NCBI GenBank assembly: GCA_951406725.2
Contig: OX597814.1
Location: forward strand, 32,426,001 to 32,490,000
DNA from: Octopus vulgaris
Lineage: Eukaryota
DNA: 64,000 nucleotides
Direction of reading: 5' to 3'
The notes beneath the pieces are model-generated. The model was given only the letters and a program-made list of their open reading frames with translations, had not been told where the DNA came from and did not search any database. Below, in pieces: positions 15,801 to 29,099 of the stretch (positions are counted from its first letter, which is position 1; every line of letters starts with the position of its first letter). The position numbers and the translations under genes are program-made.

Positions 15801-16021
15801 TTCTAATATAAGGACAAAATTTTATAAAAAATTTTATCAGTGGCCAGCATATGCTTGCATACCTATACACACGCACGCACACATATGTGTGCGTACATAT
15901 GAATATAAAATCTAGGTATTTACCTATACTTCAAAATGAGTAGTATGTCCCAGCTCAAGGTGGTGCTCAAGTACGGCCGAAGTCCAATAACCGAAACACA
16001 TAAACGATGTGATTGTGCACA

Positions 16022-16070
<49 letters not shown>

Positions 16071-16368
16071 AAGAGAAAGAGAGAGAGAGAGAGAAATAAA
16101 GAGTGAGAGAGAGATAATATATTTTATATATGAATACGTATAAGGCAACGAGATGGCAGAATCGTTAGAACGCTTGACAAAATACTTAGGGGCATTTACT
16201 TTCTGAGTTCAAACTCCACCGAGGTCGACTTGAGCTTTCATCCTTTCGGATTTCTATAAAATAAGTACCATTGAAGTACTGGAGTCGATGTAATCGACAT
16301 AATCCCTCATGTGAACTTGCTGGCCCTGTGCCTAGACATGTACTTATTTGTATGTGAGTATTTATATA

Positions 16369-16606
16369 CAGGGTGGCCCAAAAGTAGGTTTACAGTTATT
16401 CACCTATCTCTTTCGCATTCATATTTTAACAGTCTAGATCTTAATTATAAAGAAAAAATATGAAGCCATTATTCTATGCTAATATAGTTAATTTTGTCAA
16501 GCTCCCTTTTCTGTTTGTAAGATAGAAATTTAAATGTAATAAAATGTTTTAAAAGAAATTTAAAGTGCTTACGTGATAACTGTAGGCCTACTTTTGTGCC
16601 ACCCTG
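16369..16606. mobile_element. Tc1/mariner-type MITE
   Basis: TIRs CAGGGTGGCCCAAAAGTAGGTTTACAGTTAT / ATAACTGTAGGCCTACTTTTGTGCCACCCTG with a TA target duplication. Confidence 0.85.
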
Positions 16607-16649
16607 TATATAAACATGCAAACTCGCAGGCACACATTAGCATAATAGT

Positions 16650-16719
<70 letters not shown>

Positions 16720-16807
16720 ATCCATCTCTTGGTGTCTGTATCTAACTTTCTCTCTTCCATTTCTATTTCTGAATATCTGCCTATGTGTATATGTGTATGC
16801 ATGAAAA

Positions 16808-16874
<67 letters not shown>

Positions 16875-16911
16875 TTGTGTGTACATCTACCTACAGATAT
16901 GAATTTATATT

Positions 16912-17009
<98 letters not shown>

Positions 17010-18511
17010 TGTGTGTGAGTGTATTGGCGTATTCATGTCTTTTCTGCGGACTATATGCGTGTGTGCAGTAACACGCGTATGTGTATATCTGTGAGCGCGA
17101 GTGAAATTTTAAGTCTGTCGTGAAGTTAAGTTAAGCAGCCAATCTGTAGTCGACTAGGTTTTTCTAATCAGTAACATTGCACTTACTGGACGTTGGTGGG
17201 TATGCGTGTGTTTGGAATTCATAAATTAACTATGGTACTTTCAATATACACATCGCCGTACCTTCTCACATGCAATTTAATCTACAAATCTTCAACGTAT
17301 AAGCCATGGTTTTTAAACATGAAAATCAGAAATATGCTTTATATTTTGATGTATAATAAATTTTATTTATATTTTCTAATAAAATGCGGGATAATGTTTT
17401 ATACTACTCTGTATTGATTCTAATATGGGGATGTGTGTTTGGCTATCAGTGCGTATGAGAGTATATCTGTGTGTGCGTGTGTGTGTTTGTGTGTCTGAGT
17501 GCTCACGTAAATTGTAAATACATCTACATAAAATATACTTTATAGATATATATATATAAGCGTATATGCTTGTGTGTTTGTATGTGCGTGCGTATGTGCG
17601 AGTCTGCGTGTGTGGAGTACGTGAGTTGAGACAAGAAGTGTAAAACCGCACTAAATAAAAAAGCGGGGTGCTATGTACGAGAGAAAACAGAGCCGAGGTG
17701 ACAGCTGTTTCAAATACATGCGTGCATACACACACACACACACACATATTTGCAAAAACACACATATATATTTGCACTAAATCACACATATAAACATGTA
17801 CAAAACACATGCATAGACGGTCACTTTGTATATAAGCAGAAAGATCTATAGATGCATGCGTGTGTGTGTGAGAAAGAAAGAGAGAGAGAGAAGGAGAGGG
17901 AGAGACTGTGTGTGTCCGTGTTTATGTTTACAATGTGGTTAAAAACCGATATAGCTATCGTTAGTAAACATTTTGGCAATGCTATACGTATCGGAGAGGA
18001 AGAAATACAAGGGTGAACAAAGTAATGCAATTATATTCAGTACCCCCATGTGCCCACATTCCAGTAACTGCCACTATCTTTGGCCTTTATTCTACTCGTG
18101 TATGTGCATATGTCAGTATATAAGGATATGTATACATAAGTCTAATATATGTGTGTATGCGTATAAGTTTCTTTGAGCTAAAAAATTTAAACCTCAAGAT
18201 CACATCCAGCTTTACGCATCTTTACTTTAGAGTTGAGTTAGCATCATCGCTCTTTCACATAAATATTCACACACGCATCTTCATAAATATCTGTGTGTAT
18301 GTGTATGTATTTGTGTTCACAAATATGTATGTATGTATTTATCATTGTATATGGTTGTTCGTACATGCACACTTCCCTGCTCAGTTTAACTTGTATACTT
18401 TTCATTTCTGCATATCTACCGAAACAAAATCACCTGAACTAGAAGGACACGTTCACAGACATACTCACATACACATACTGAGCGACACACATGGAACACA
18501 CATAGAAGCAA

Positions 18512-18588
<77 letters not shown>

Positions 18589-18699
18589 GAGTTGCATAGA
18601 CACACAGACAGTTACATAGATAGATCGATAGATAGAAAGATAGATAGATAGATATATAGATAGATAGATAGACAGTTACATAGACAGACAGACAGTTAC

Positions 18700-18749
<50 letters not shown>

Positions 18750-19783
18750 GTTGCTCTATAACTTATATTCTCGCTGATATTCATTTAGTTTGTTTTGTTT
18801 TTGTTTGTTTTCTTTTCGTGCTAAACACAGTTTGGCAAAATCGTTAGAGAGTCGGTGAAAATGCTCAATGGCATTTAATTAGAGCCCATTACACTTTTAG
18901 TTCAATCTATGCTGAGGTCAATGATAGCAGTCAAGTACTGGAATTAGTGCGTCCCGAAAGATGTGCGTGTGTGTTACGTAATCCTCCTTCTTTTTAAGAG
19001 ATTTGCAATCATTTATGGTTATTTCTACTCTCACTCTTTGAGTCGCGATGCTTTAAGTATAAGTATAGGATACCACGAACATGAAGCTGTTTATAGCCAT
19101 TTCATATATACAGATTATAATTCATATTTCAGATAAATAGCTAAGGCCATAGAGAAATGCATGGATTAATGCTACATACCTTTTCTTCGTGTATCTTTAT
19201 CTACATGTGTACTCTGGTGAACCTAATTATCTTTGTTAAAAGACGACATTGAACTTCACGAAATCTCAATTTCTTTCTCTCTTTAGAATCAATACATACA
19301 AGAATAGATACAACAATAAGCCGCACAAATCGAAAGAATTACACATAAGCATCCATTCACTTGCATACTGTACTTATCTCTTCAGCACTCCCATTGTATC
19401 TTCAAGGGGATAAGCATTCACATCAAAACGGCATATCTCCACCCCGCTTTTACTTAAGCATAATAATTACTTCTGATTCAGAGACCAGGGTCGGAGAGTT
19501 AGTCGATTAAAACTGTAGTATTAAATTGGTCCTTTCTTTTAACAGTTTTGGGGTGATGAAAGACATCGAGTGGGGTTTGAACTCAGATCACAAAGGACCA
19601 GAAAAAATACTGTTTGCCATTTTTGTAATGATATTGCCGATGTAAATATTAGTTTTAGAGGGGAGGAAAAAATCAATTATATCGACCCTAGATTGATAAT
19701 CGACTAAGTATATGCTAGCGAGATTTCTCAAAACTTCAAGTAATCGAAGCAAATTACACAAAAAAAAACACTTTTTTTTACCG

Positions 19784-19836
<53 letters not shown>

Positions 19837-19839
<3 letters not shown>

Positions 19840-20250
19840 TCTACTATAGACACAACACCTGAAATTTGGTGGGAGGGGGTAAGTCGATTACATCGACCCC
19901 AATGAGAAACTGGTACTTATTTACTCAATCTCGAGAGGATGAAAGGCAAAGTCGACCTCGGCGACATTTGAACTGAAGACTCAGTCAAAAGAAATTCCGC
20001 TAAACACTTTATCCAGCGTGCTAACAAATCGGCCAAACTCGCAGCCTTTAATAATAATCCATTGTACTTACAAAGGCACGAGACCTGGAAGTTAGGTGGA
20101 AACGGCTAGTCGATTACATTGACTCCTAGTACTCACTTTGAAAGGTTGATATTCAAAGTCGATCGCGGCAGCATTTGAACTCAGAACGTAAAGACAAGAA
20201 TTACCGCTAAGCGTGTTGTCCGACGCGTTAACGACTCTACCAGCTCACCG
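19837..20250 (-). mobile_element. Two tandem older family-B-related SINEs with an alternative 3' end and (TAA)n tails
   Basis: The GGATGAAAGGCAAAGTCGACCTCGGCG..ATTTGAACT motif occurs twice. Similar degraded copies lie at about 16143-16340, 36280-36545, 48655-48810, 54500-54630, 57185-57330 and 63560-63720. Confidence 0.7.
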
Positions 20251-20883
20251 TCTTAGAAGCTACTCAAAGACAGGTAGGAGCCCATAGATATTTGCGATGA
20301 AGTAAGGTGTAATCAGTTTAAAAGATTTTCAGCATCTTATTAAAGGAAATCTTACTTGATGGAAAGCAGATATTATTTAAGAAATACAAGGCCTGATATA
20401 GGGTGTGTGTGGACGGTGCATATTTTTCACCGACCTGAAATGATGAAAGACAAACTTGATTTATGTATCATTTGAATATATAACAACTTTTCCTATGCAT
20501 CAATACAGCCGCAAATAAATATCACCAATGAACATCACAAAATCACATTTTAGTACCTGATAAATATTATCTTACGCAACACAGAGAGATATATAAAAAT
20601 AATAATAATGCCTTATGCTCAACTTATTAATCAATGTTAAATCATTTTATCAACAATCCATTGCTGCAGCTAAGAAGTTGTTTTCAAAAGTGAAAGTAGG
20701 GAAAAAAAATCCTTAAAAACGCATGAATGCCTCAGAATCTCGTTTGTGTTATCTCTAACAATGACGAGAAGAAAATTTAGATATAAAATATTAAAGAAAA
20801 TATAGCAAAAAATCGATTTTGTTTCATGCTCTCACACACATACACACACAGATACACACACACAATACGCACACACACACATA

Positions 20884-20922
<39 letters not shown>

Positions 20923-21011
20923 AATGATAATTCAGTTTTCACTCTCTTTCATACGCCTTTTTTTCTACTTCTTTTCTTTTTCATTTCTTTCTTTTCTTTT
21001 TTTTTCCTCAG

Positions 21012-23211
21012 GGAACCAGTTTCCAAGCAGATTGATTCCACGCTTGGCAAGGAATATAGTTGGCGAAGGCGCTTCTCTCAGTTTCTTCACCAATAGCAGG
21101 AACGAACTTGAAAGCGGTGCTGGTGTTGGTGATATCGGTTGTGGTATTGGTGGTGGTATCGGTGGACGTGCTAATAGTATTTGTGCCGTTGATGGTGGTG
21201 CCGTTAGCGGTGGCGGCGGTGGTGCTGGTGTTGGTGTTGTCAGTGATATCGGTGGAGTCGTTGCTGTCGGCGGTGTTGGTGTAGGTGGTTCTTTCGGAGC
21301 TCTTTCACCCTCTGCGTCTACAGCTTATTTGCCTTCTTCGTTTTTCCACCCTTACTCCTACTGCAGTTGTTGCAATAACAGTAGTAGTAATAGCAGTAGT
21401 CTAAGTGTCGGCACTAGTAGTAGTAGTAGTAGTAGTAGCAGGACTACTTGCTATTGTACACGTCTAATAACTGGTGGCGCGGGTGTAGTCGGTGCTTGCA
21501 TCTGTGGTGGCGTTGTCGGCAACGGTGCTTTTGGTGTTGGAATAGGACTTCCTCCCGTTCATAGTAATAATAATAATAGTAGTAATAGCAGCATCACTAG
21601 TAGTGGTAGTATAGGAATTGATAGTGGTGTTTTCAGTGGTAGTAGTAGCAGTGGTAGTAGTACTAGCGGTGGTGGGTGTGGTGTAAGCTGCGGTAACAGC
21701 AGCAGTAATATTGTCAGTAGTAGCAGCAATAGTAGCTGTAGTAGCCTTAATAAGAGTGGTAGTAGTAGCTGTAATAGTAATAATAGTAGTAGTGGTGGTG
21801 GAAACGGTAGTAGTAATAGTGAAAGTGTAGTAATCAGCAGCAGTTCTAATAGTAGTAGTAGTGGTAGTAACAACTACAACAGCAATAATAACAATACTGT
21901 TGTAATTCGGAGTGGCAGTAGTAGTAGTAGCAGTAATAGCAGCAGCAGCAGCAGCGGTAATAGTGGTAGTAGTAGTAGTAGTAGTGTTATCAGCGGCGGA
22001 TGCGTCAGTGACGCTGGTGCTGCTGGTGGAGTTGGTGGCAACAGTAGTAGTAGTGGTAGTGGTGGTGGTCGTAGTGATGGTAGTGGTAATATTATCAGCA
22101 GCAGCAGTAGCAGCAGCAGCTGCTGTAGTAGCAATCCGAGCCCCGGGCATCTCCTCTATCGACATAGCCTCTGTTGCCAGACGCCTACTCCATCTTTGCT
22201 GTGCTGCGTTGTACAAGTGAATCTTGTCGCTCCTGAACACAAGAAGAAGCTAACAGAACGGGTTTGGTCACCTAATAGCAACAACAACAACAACAGCAAC
22301 AACAACAACAATAACATCAACAACAACAACAACAACAACAACAGTTACTATTATTATTACAACGACAACAACAACAACAGCAACAACAATTACAACACTA
22401 TTAGTAACAGCTACTATACTAGTAGTACCAACAACAGCGTCGCCGTGGAGCTCGCAGGCCCGTCACCGCCACACCCACATCACCCGTATCTGCCGCTCTT
22501 ACATCGGCCCCAAATCTCGTTCGTGTCTTCGTTGTCGCCGCTGACGACGTCGCCGACGTCGACGCCTCCGCCGCCGCCGCCGCCGCCGTCGTCCACGGCG
22601 ACGACAACGACGCCTCCTCTGCATCAGCTGCCTCCGCCTCCGCCTCCTCCTTCGTCCGCGCATCACCCCCACCACCCGCACCACCCTCACCACCCTCACC
22701 ACCCCCATCACCGCCACCGCCACCACCACCACCAGCAGCAGACGGTCAGACAGCAGGGCCAGACGCTGTCGTCGCCGTCGCCGTCGCTGTCGTCGTCGTC
22801 GTCGTCGTCTTCTCCACCGTCGTCCCTCTCGCCCACTGCGTGTGCATCGTTGGTGGGCTACGCTTCTGCCGGCGGCAGGACTCTCGTCACGGTTTCGGCG
22901 CCGCCACCCCTTCATCCACCTCCGCTGCATCCGCCTCCCCCGACTCTCGGCACGGGTATCCTATCCGCCTTCACAGTGGCTGCTGATAGAGGTGGCGGCG
23001 TTTACCGCAGTTCTACCTGTGAGTCACCCAACGCTGCCAGCAGGGTGATGTCCTCATCAACGACTTCGGCCTCGTCGCCCGTCACTCACAATGGGCATTT
23101 CACGAAAATCTCCGGCGTACCTTGCCCAGCAACGCCGACCCGCTATACGGCCCCTGTGCACATCGACGTAGGTGGAGTGATATACACATCGTCGTTGGAA
23201 ACACTCACCAG
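21012..23211 (+). CDS. KCTD15: Coding exon of a KCTD1/KCTD15 (Drosophila Tiwaz)-like BTB/POZ protein: long low-complexity N-terminal region plus the start of the BTB domain
   Basis: The ORF ends in GVPCPATPTRYTAPVHIDVGGVIYTSSLETLTR, matching the KCTD1/15 signature (..APVHIDVGGxxYTSSLxTLT). It is followed by a canonical donor AG|GTAAGG at 23211/23212 (phase 2). A long polypyrimidine tract and TCAG acceptor lie at 21010-21011 (phase 1). The 5' boundary is less certain than the 3' boundary, and the symbol denotes the KCTD1/15 co-orthologue. Confidence 0.85.
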
Positions 23212-23935
23212 GTAAGGACATATATAAATCTTCCAATCTGAGATCGGAGTGAATGAAAAGTTGTGTGTGCCTTTCATTTCGTTATTCACCTTTCCTTATT
23301 CATTTTTTATTAACATAACCACTTTCATCTCTTTCAGTTACTTTTTGACGTTGTGATTACTTTTTTTCTATTTTGCCAAAACAACAACAACAAAAAAAAA
23401 AGCAAGCACAAGAAAAACTAAATTTTCTGCGATTTATCTTTTTAATACTTTCGTTAAACGGTTGACTATTGTTTAAATTTCATTTTCTTTCCTTCTTACA
23501 TCCAATTCTTTCTTTTCTACCTGCATTTCCTTTGTGTTCCGACCTACCAAATATAACATATTAGCACATCCGTAAGACATATTTGGGATATTCGGGCTTT
23601 TAGCGCACACGCACACACACACATACACATTGAAACATATATATATATATGTATATATATATGCGCGAGTTATTCGCACATTTGCACCCGCATATATACG
23701 CATACATACACACACGCACAAAGCAGAATATAAACCAGCATACACTTACGGACGTATGCAAATTCGCACGCTTAAACGCAACTTGTCGCGTGTGTACACG
23801 CATTCAAACACAGCGCGCGCACACACACACACACACACATATATATACACATACACACACACACACACACGTGCTTGTGCTTGCACTAGTACCACGATAT
23901 AAGGACATTATGTCTCTTACGCATCCATATGTTCA

Positions 23936-23976
<41 letters not shown>

Positions 23977-24130
23977 ACGAATACTCACAAAAACCACAAA
24001 CGTACATAGCTACACACATTCACACACACACACACACATCTGTGAAAGGATCAATAGGCGGGTACTTCGGAATATCCGTGGACGCACACACTCACACACT
24101 CAACTAAAGCCGTAACCCGAACTTTAACAT

Positions 24131-24171
<41 letters not shown>

Positions 24172-24513
24172 CTTACAAGACGATCGCATAACGTATTCTG
24201 AGATTTCTTCAAACGTTCACATAAAGCGTAGAGTCCATTGCGCAATACTACGAAAACACATGCACAAACACACACACACACACAGACAGTGAGAGAAAGA
24301 GACGCATTTGTGTTTATACACCCACACGTCTATATTCACATATACACGGACGTACATACACAACACATTCTTACGCGAGTTGGCATCACCCTACCTCGTT
24401 CACATTGCAGTCATGCATATATAAACGTGTATATATATATATATCTATATCGAAAACTATCGATTTATCTATCTATTTATCTAGAAACACAGATATATAT
24501 CTATATCTATATC

Positions 24514-24557
<44 letters not shown>

Positions 24558-24597
24558 CACTCACACATACATACATACATACATACATACAAGCATA

Positions 24598-24829
24598 ACT
24601 ATTTCTTTATTACCCACAAGGGGCTAAACACAGAGGGGACAAACAAGGACAGGCATAGGTATTAAGTCGATTACATCGGCCCCAGTGCGTAACTGGTACT
24701 TAATTTATCGACCCCGAAAGGATGAAAGGCAAAGTCGACCTCGGCGGAATTTGAACTCACAACGTAACGCAGACGAAATACCGCTAAGCATTTCGCCCGG
24801 CGTGCTAACGTTTCTGCCAGCTCGCCGCC
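24598..24829 (-). mobile_element. tRNA-derived SINE family B (Nin/Deu-domain-like), young copy
   Basis: GAGTTCAAATTCC B-box and GCCTTTCATCCTTTCGGGGTCGATAAATTAAGTACC core, flanked by the direct repeat CAAGCATA(A/C)CTA. Confidence 0.85.
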
Positions 24830-25426
24830 TTTCAAGCATACCTAAATACATATATGCATGCAACAACTGCACACAAATTCGCGCGCACACACGCGCACAC
24901 CCTTACTCAAGTGCGCCATCCTACCCTTCCTCAGACTCGAAAGCGTTCACTCAGTCAGCCATATACTGCTGTTGTAAAAGAAAGTGTTTATCAAGGCCAG
25001 TGCGATGATGATGATGCTAGGGAGGGGCACGGCACCCGTGCATATTGATGTTGGGGGTGTCATCTATACTTCATCTCTGGAAATCCTGACCAGGTAAGCT
25101 GTGCCCTCGTGATGCCATTGTCACGTTCATATAAATGTCTGTACGTTCGTACATATACATCCAAACACACACACACACGCACAACACACACACACACACA
25201 CACACACACACTTAGATAAACACACAGGTACACTCGTTCACACACGCATCACACACGCACTCACATACGCAAGCGCACATTCATATAGGCACGCCACTCA
25301 CACATACGCACGCACACTTAAATACCCGAACATTAACACACCCACAAATACATATGCTCACACGTAAACATATAAACAAATTAATACACACATACACACA
25401 CACCCACACTCAGACACCTCTATACA

Positions 25427-25508
<82 letters not shown>

Positions 25509-25714
25509 TTATAACTTAGGGTATCTACGAGATACCGCCATGCTGAAAATAGCAGCCAGGATCTGACTCTAAAACCACCTTAAGTGTTCATACAGCACAA
25601 GGTGAGAAGATACCCTTAGTTATAATATTAATATTAATTATTACCTTTGAAGGTTTTTATTTCCATGCTGGCCACAGGATAAGATCGTTAATTAATTTAA
25701 ATTAAAGATCTTAT

Positions 25715-25751
<37 letters not shown>

Positions 25752-26258
25752 CACACATATATGCACACTCACACTATATACTGATATAATATGCGTTTAA
25801 TTGTAAGTCTACCTGCACTGTATAAACAGACATATTTTATGTAAGTATGAATGCCTTTCTGTTTGTGTACACATGCGCACACACACACACACACAAACGT
25901 ATATATGATTGCATATGTGCATAAACAATATTACTGCTTATATTCTTTATACATACATACATACATACATATATACATAAATACGTACATACAAAGGCAG
26001 ATACACATGCACACTTGAGACACAAGTACAATTCTCTCTCACACACGCACACACACAGATCTGTACATGTATGCAAATGTGTAAATTTCTATGTGTTTAT
26101 GTGTATGCGTATGCAACTGTTATCGGTTTTGTATTTTACTTCGTTTCAAATCCAATTCCACCCCTTTATGTATCTATGTTTATTATTATATATGTATATA
26201 CTCGTGAGTTCTATTTCCAGCTTTTTCCATCAACCCACTCCATCTCTTTCTCTCTTTC

Positions 26259-26440
<182 letters not shown>

Positions 26441-26562
26441 ATGTATATATGCATTTATTTATATGTGCGTTTCTAAATGTATATATATTGAGATATATAT
26501 TTATTTGAAATTATTTTATTTCTCCTGAAAAACAAAAAGAAAACACAATTCTTGTACGCACG

Positions 26563-26619
<57 letters not shown>

Positions 26620-27099
26620 TCATACATTTATATATACATGTGTATACACACGCGCGCGTACACACATACATATTTACGGGCGCCACAATAATTGTCCACC
26701 AGTATTTTTGTTTCTTTGTGCTTAATATTATATCCATGTAGACGAATGCGAAATCCAAGAGTTCTGGAGAAATCCCGCTGCTTGGTCGTTTCCCGTTCCT
26801 TAATTTGCTCGCGTTTTCCGGTAAAATTTTCAGTTTCGTACTGTGAGGAAACGTTGGCTCTCCCCGTAGATGAACCTTAATTCTTTGTCTTATTTCCTTT
26901 ATTTGTCACTGTCCTACACCTAAATATTTTGAACCCACATCTATACGAATTTTATTTAAATACCTCTTTGAACCATTTCCTTTTGGCTCCACACGAACGC
27001 TTTACCTCACACATTTAATTCAGAGTAAAATAGTTGTTTGTCGCATAACATTCCCAACCTAACGTGTAACAATGACTTTAATATAGAAACTCTGAGCTT

Positions 27100-28115
27100 C
27101 CAAGATGACGCATGCCCTCCTCAGATTGTACCGCCTCTCCTTCATCAAAGCTGTGTACGAGTGTAGGTACAACTGTCATATACAGCCTTATATTTCTTTA
27201 TGATAGTAACAATGGCCCAACAACTGACTCCTCAGCCAATTTCAGGCTGCACCTTTTATCTTGAGTCGGTTCTTCTGCTCAATATCTGCATTTATTGCTA
27301 AGTTACTACATATTAGCAGGGCTCTACACTTTTCATCATCTATCCATGTACCCTAATTTACAAACAAGTTGCCTAATCTCCGGTCCTTGCTTGTAGGATA
27401 TTTTCGTTCTCCTTGTGTTTCCATTCGCATTTATGAGAATTTCAGTAACTACTACTAATCTAATAGGTCGTATAAGCAATGTTAACATTTGATAGTGAGG
27501 CATAATTTCTAATATTGTTGAGGCCTTTGTTCTAGCAAGTTCTTTTCTAGAGAGAACTATTGCGCATATTTACCCGCAAAGAGAGAGAGAGACAGACAGA
27601 GACAGACAGAGAGAGAGGACGACAGATAGAGAAACAGGCAAGCAAAGAGAGATAGAAAGAACTCAGGAGCAATAGTGCCCTCAAGCCTTATTGCATTTCT
27701 CACATCAAACTGATTTGCTGTAGGTAACTTCCCCACACTTTAGCATTCATATTGTCATGCAGATGACGTGTGATTGCTGTGACTTCTGGTGAGTTGCCAC
27801 GTTTGGCAAGCTCTTCATCCAGATCTTTACGATAAGAGGTAAAACATAAAAAAATGCATTTACAATGGCTTGCTTTGCTTGCGGCATTTCTGCTATAGAT
27901 GTTGTGCTCAGAAGATGATAGAAATAGTAAAACAGGAAGGTCAACGACAAGATTATGATACGGGTAGGTTAATGGGCGATAGTGAGATACACTGGGTGCG
28001 CAGAATTCTAGCCAGGAGTTTACCAGCATTTGACAAAAGAGATACTTCACCTGAGATGCCACAATCTGATTTGTCTCCCCTTTTGGAGATGGTAACAAAG
28101 GTTGTTCCTCTGTCG
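27100..28115 (-). pseudogene. Decayed RTE-clade LINE reverse transcriptase fragment
   Basis: Minus-strand frames give TISKRGDKSDCG..SLLSNAGKLLARIL, QKCRKQSKPL and LAKRGNSPEVTAITRHLHDNMNAKV, which are typical RTE RT motifs. There are many stops and frameshifts. Confidence 0.8.
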
Positions 28116-29051
28116 CTTGCACAATATGTGAGTGCGTGTGTGAAAATGTGTGTATACATATCTTTATATATGTATATGTGTATGTCTGTATATATATATG
28201 TATATACACAAGTATATATAAATTATATGTATAAATTATATGTATAAATTATATGTATATATGTATAAATTATATGTATAAATTATATGTATATATGTAT
28301 ATACACAAGTATATATAAATTATACGCATACAAGTGTATGCTCATATATACATACACAGACGCGCACACATGCATACATACATATACATGCATATATGAG
28401 TATATATGTGCAGATATATCATTACGTATATACACAAATAAATATATACAAATATACATTTATACGTATGCATATTTATGTATACAAGCATACACACACA
28501 TAGGTGTATAATATACATTATATACATACAATTTACTATAAGCCTATGAATATCAATATCACAAATTTGTATACACACACGCGCGCGCGAAAGCATGCAC
28601 ATGGATTTTTATGTACATATGTGTGGGCATATATAATGCTTGTAGGCGCGTATAGACATGTTTATATATACATATATGCGTCTATATACACATAAATACA
28701 TACATATTTATATGTATATTTATTTGTATATTTATGTATATACATTATTTACACAAGCACTTGTGTATGTGGCTGTCTTTGTACGAGTGGAATATTGATA
28801 TATACACTCATGTAAACATATTTATACATAGGTTTATGAGAGGGCACCCGCTCTTGTACGCCTGGTTAAAAAAGTTAGCTTCCCAAGCATGACATTTCAG
28901 GTTCATTCTCACAGTGTTGCATGTTGGGTAGGTGCATTTACCCACTATCGGGTGTCCTGAACCATGTGAGTGAATTCGTGTGTTTGCTTGTCCACATGAA
29001 TTGCTCTTGTAATTCAATCTTCTATCATGGCAAACTTGTCACAATTAAACA

Positions 29052-29099
<48 letters not shown>

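Noticed and set aside
20924-21011. ORF-track start MIIQFSLSFIRLFFYFFSFSF.. as a signal peptide
   Set aside because: It is the polypyrimidine tract of the splice acceptor.
21464-22930. Overlapping minus-strand poly-T/L/R ORFs
   Set aside because: Antisense shadows of the trinucleotide repeats in the KCTD exon.
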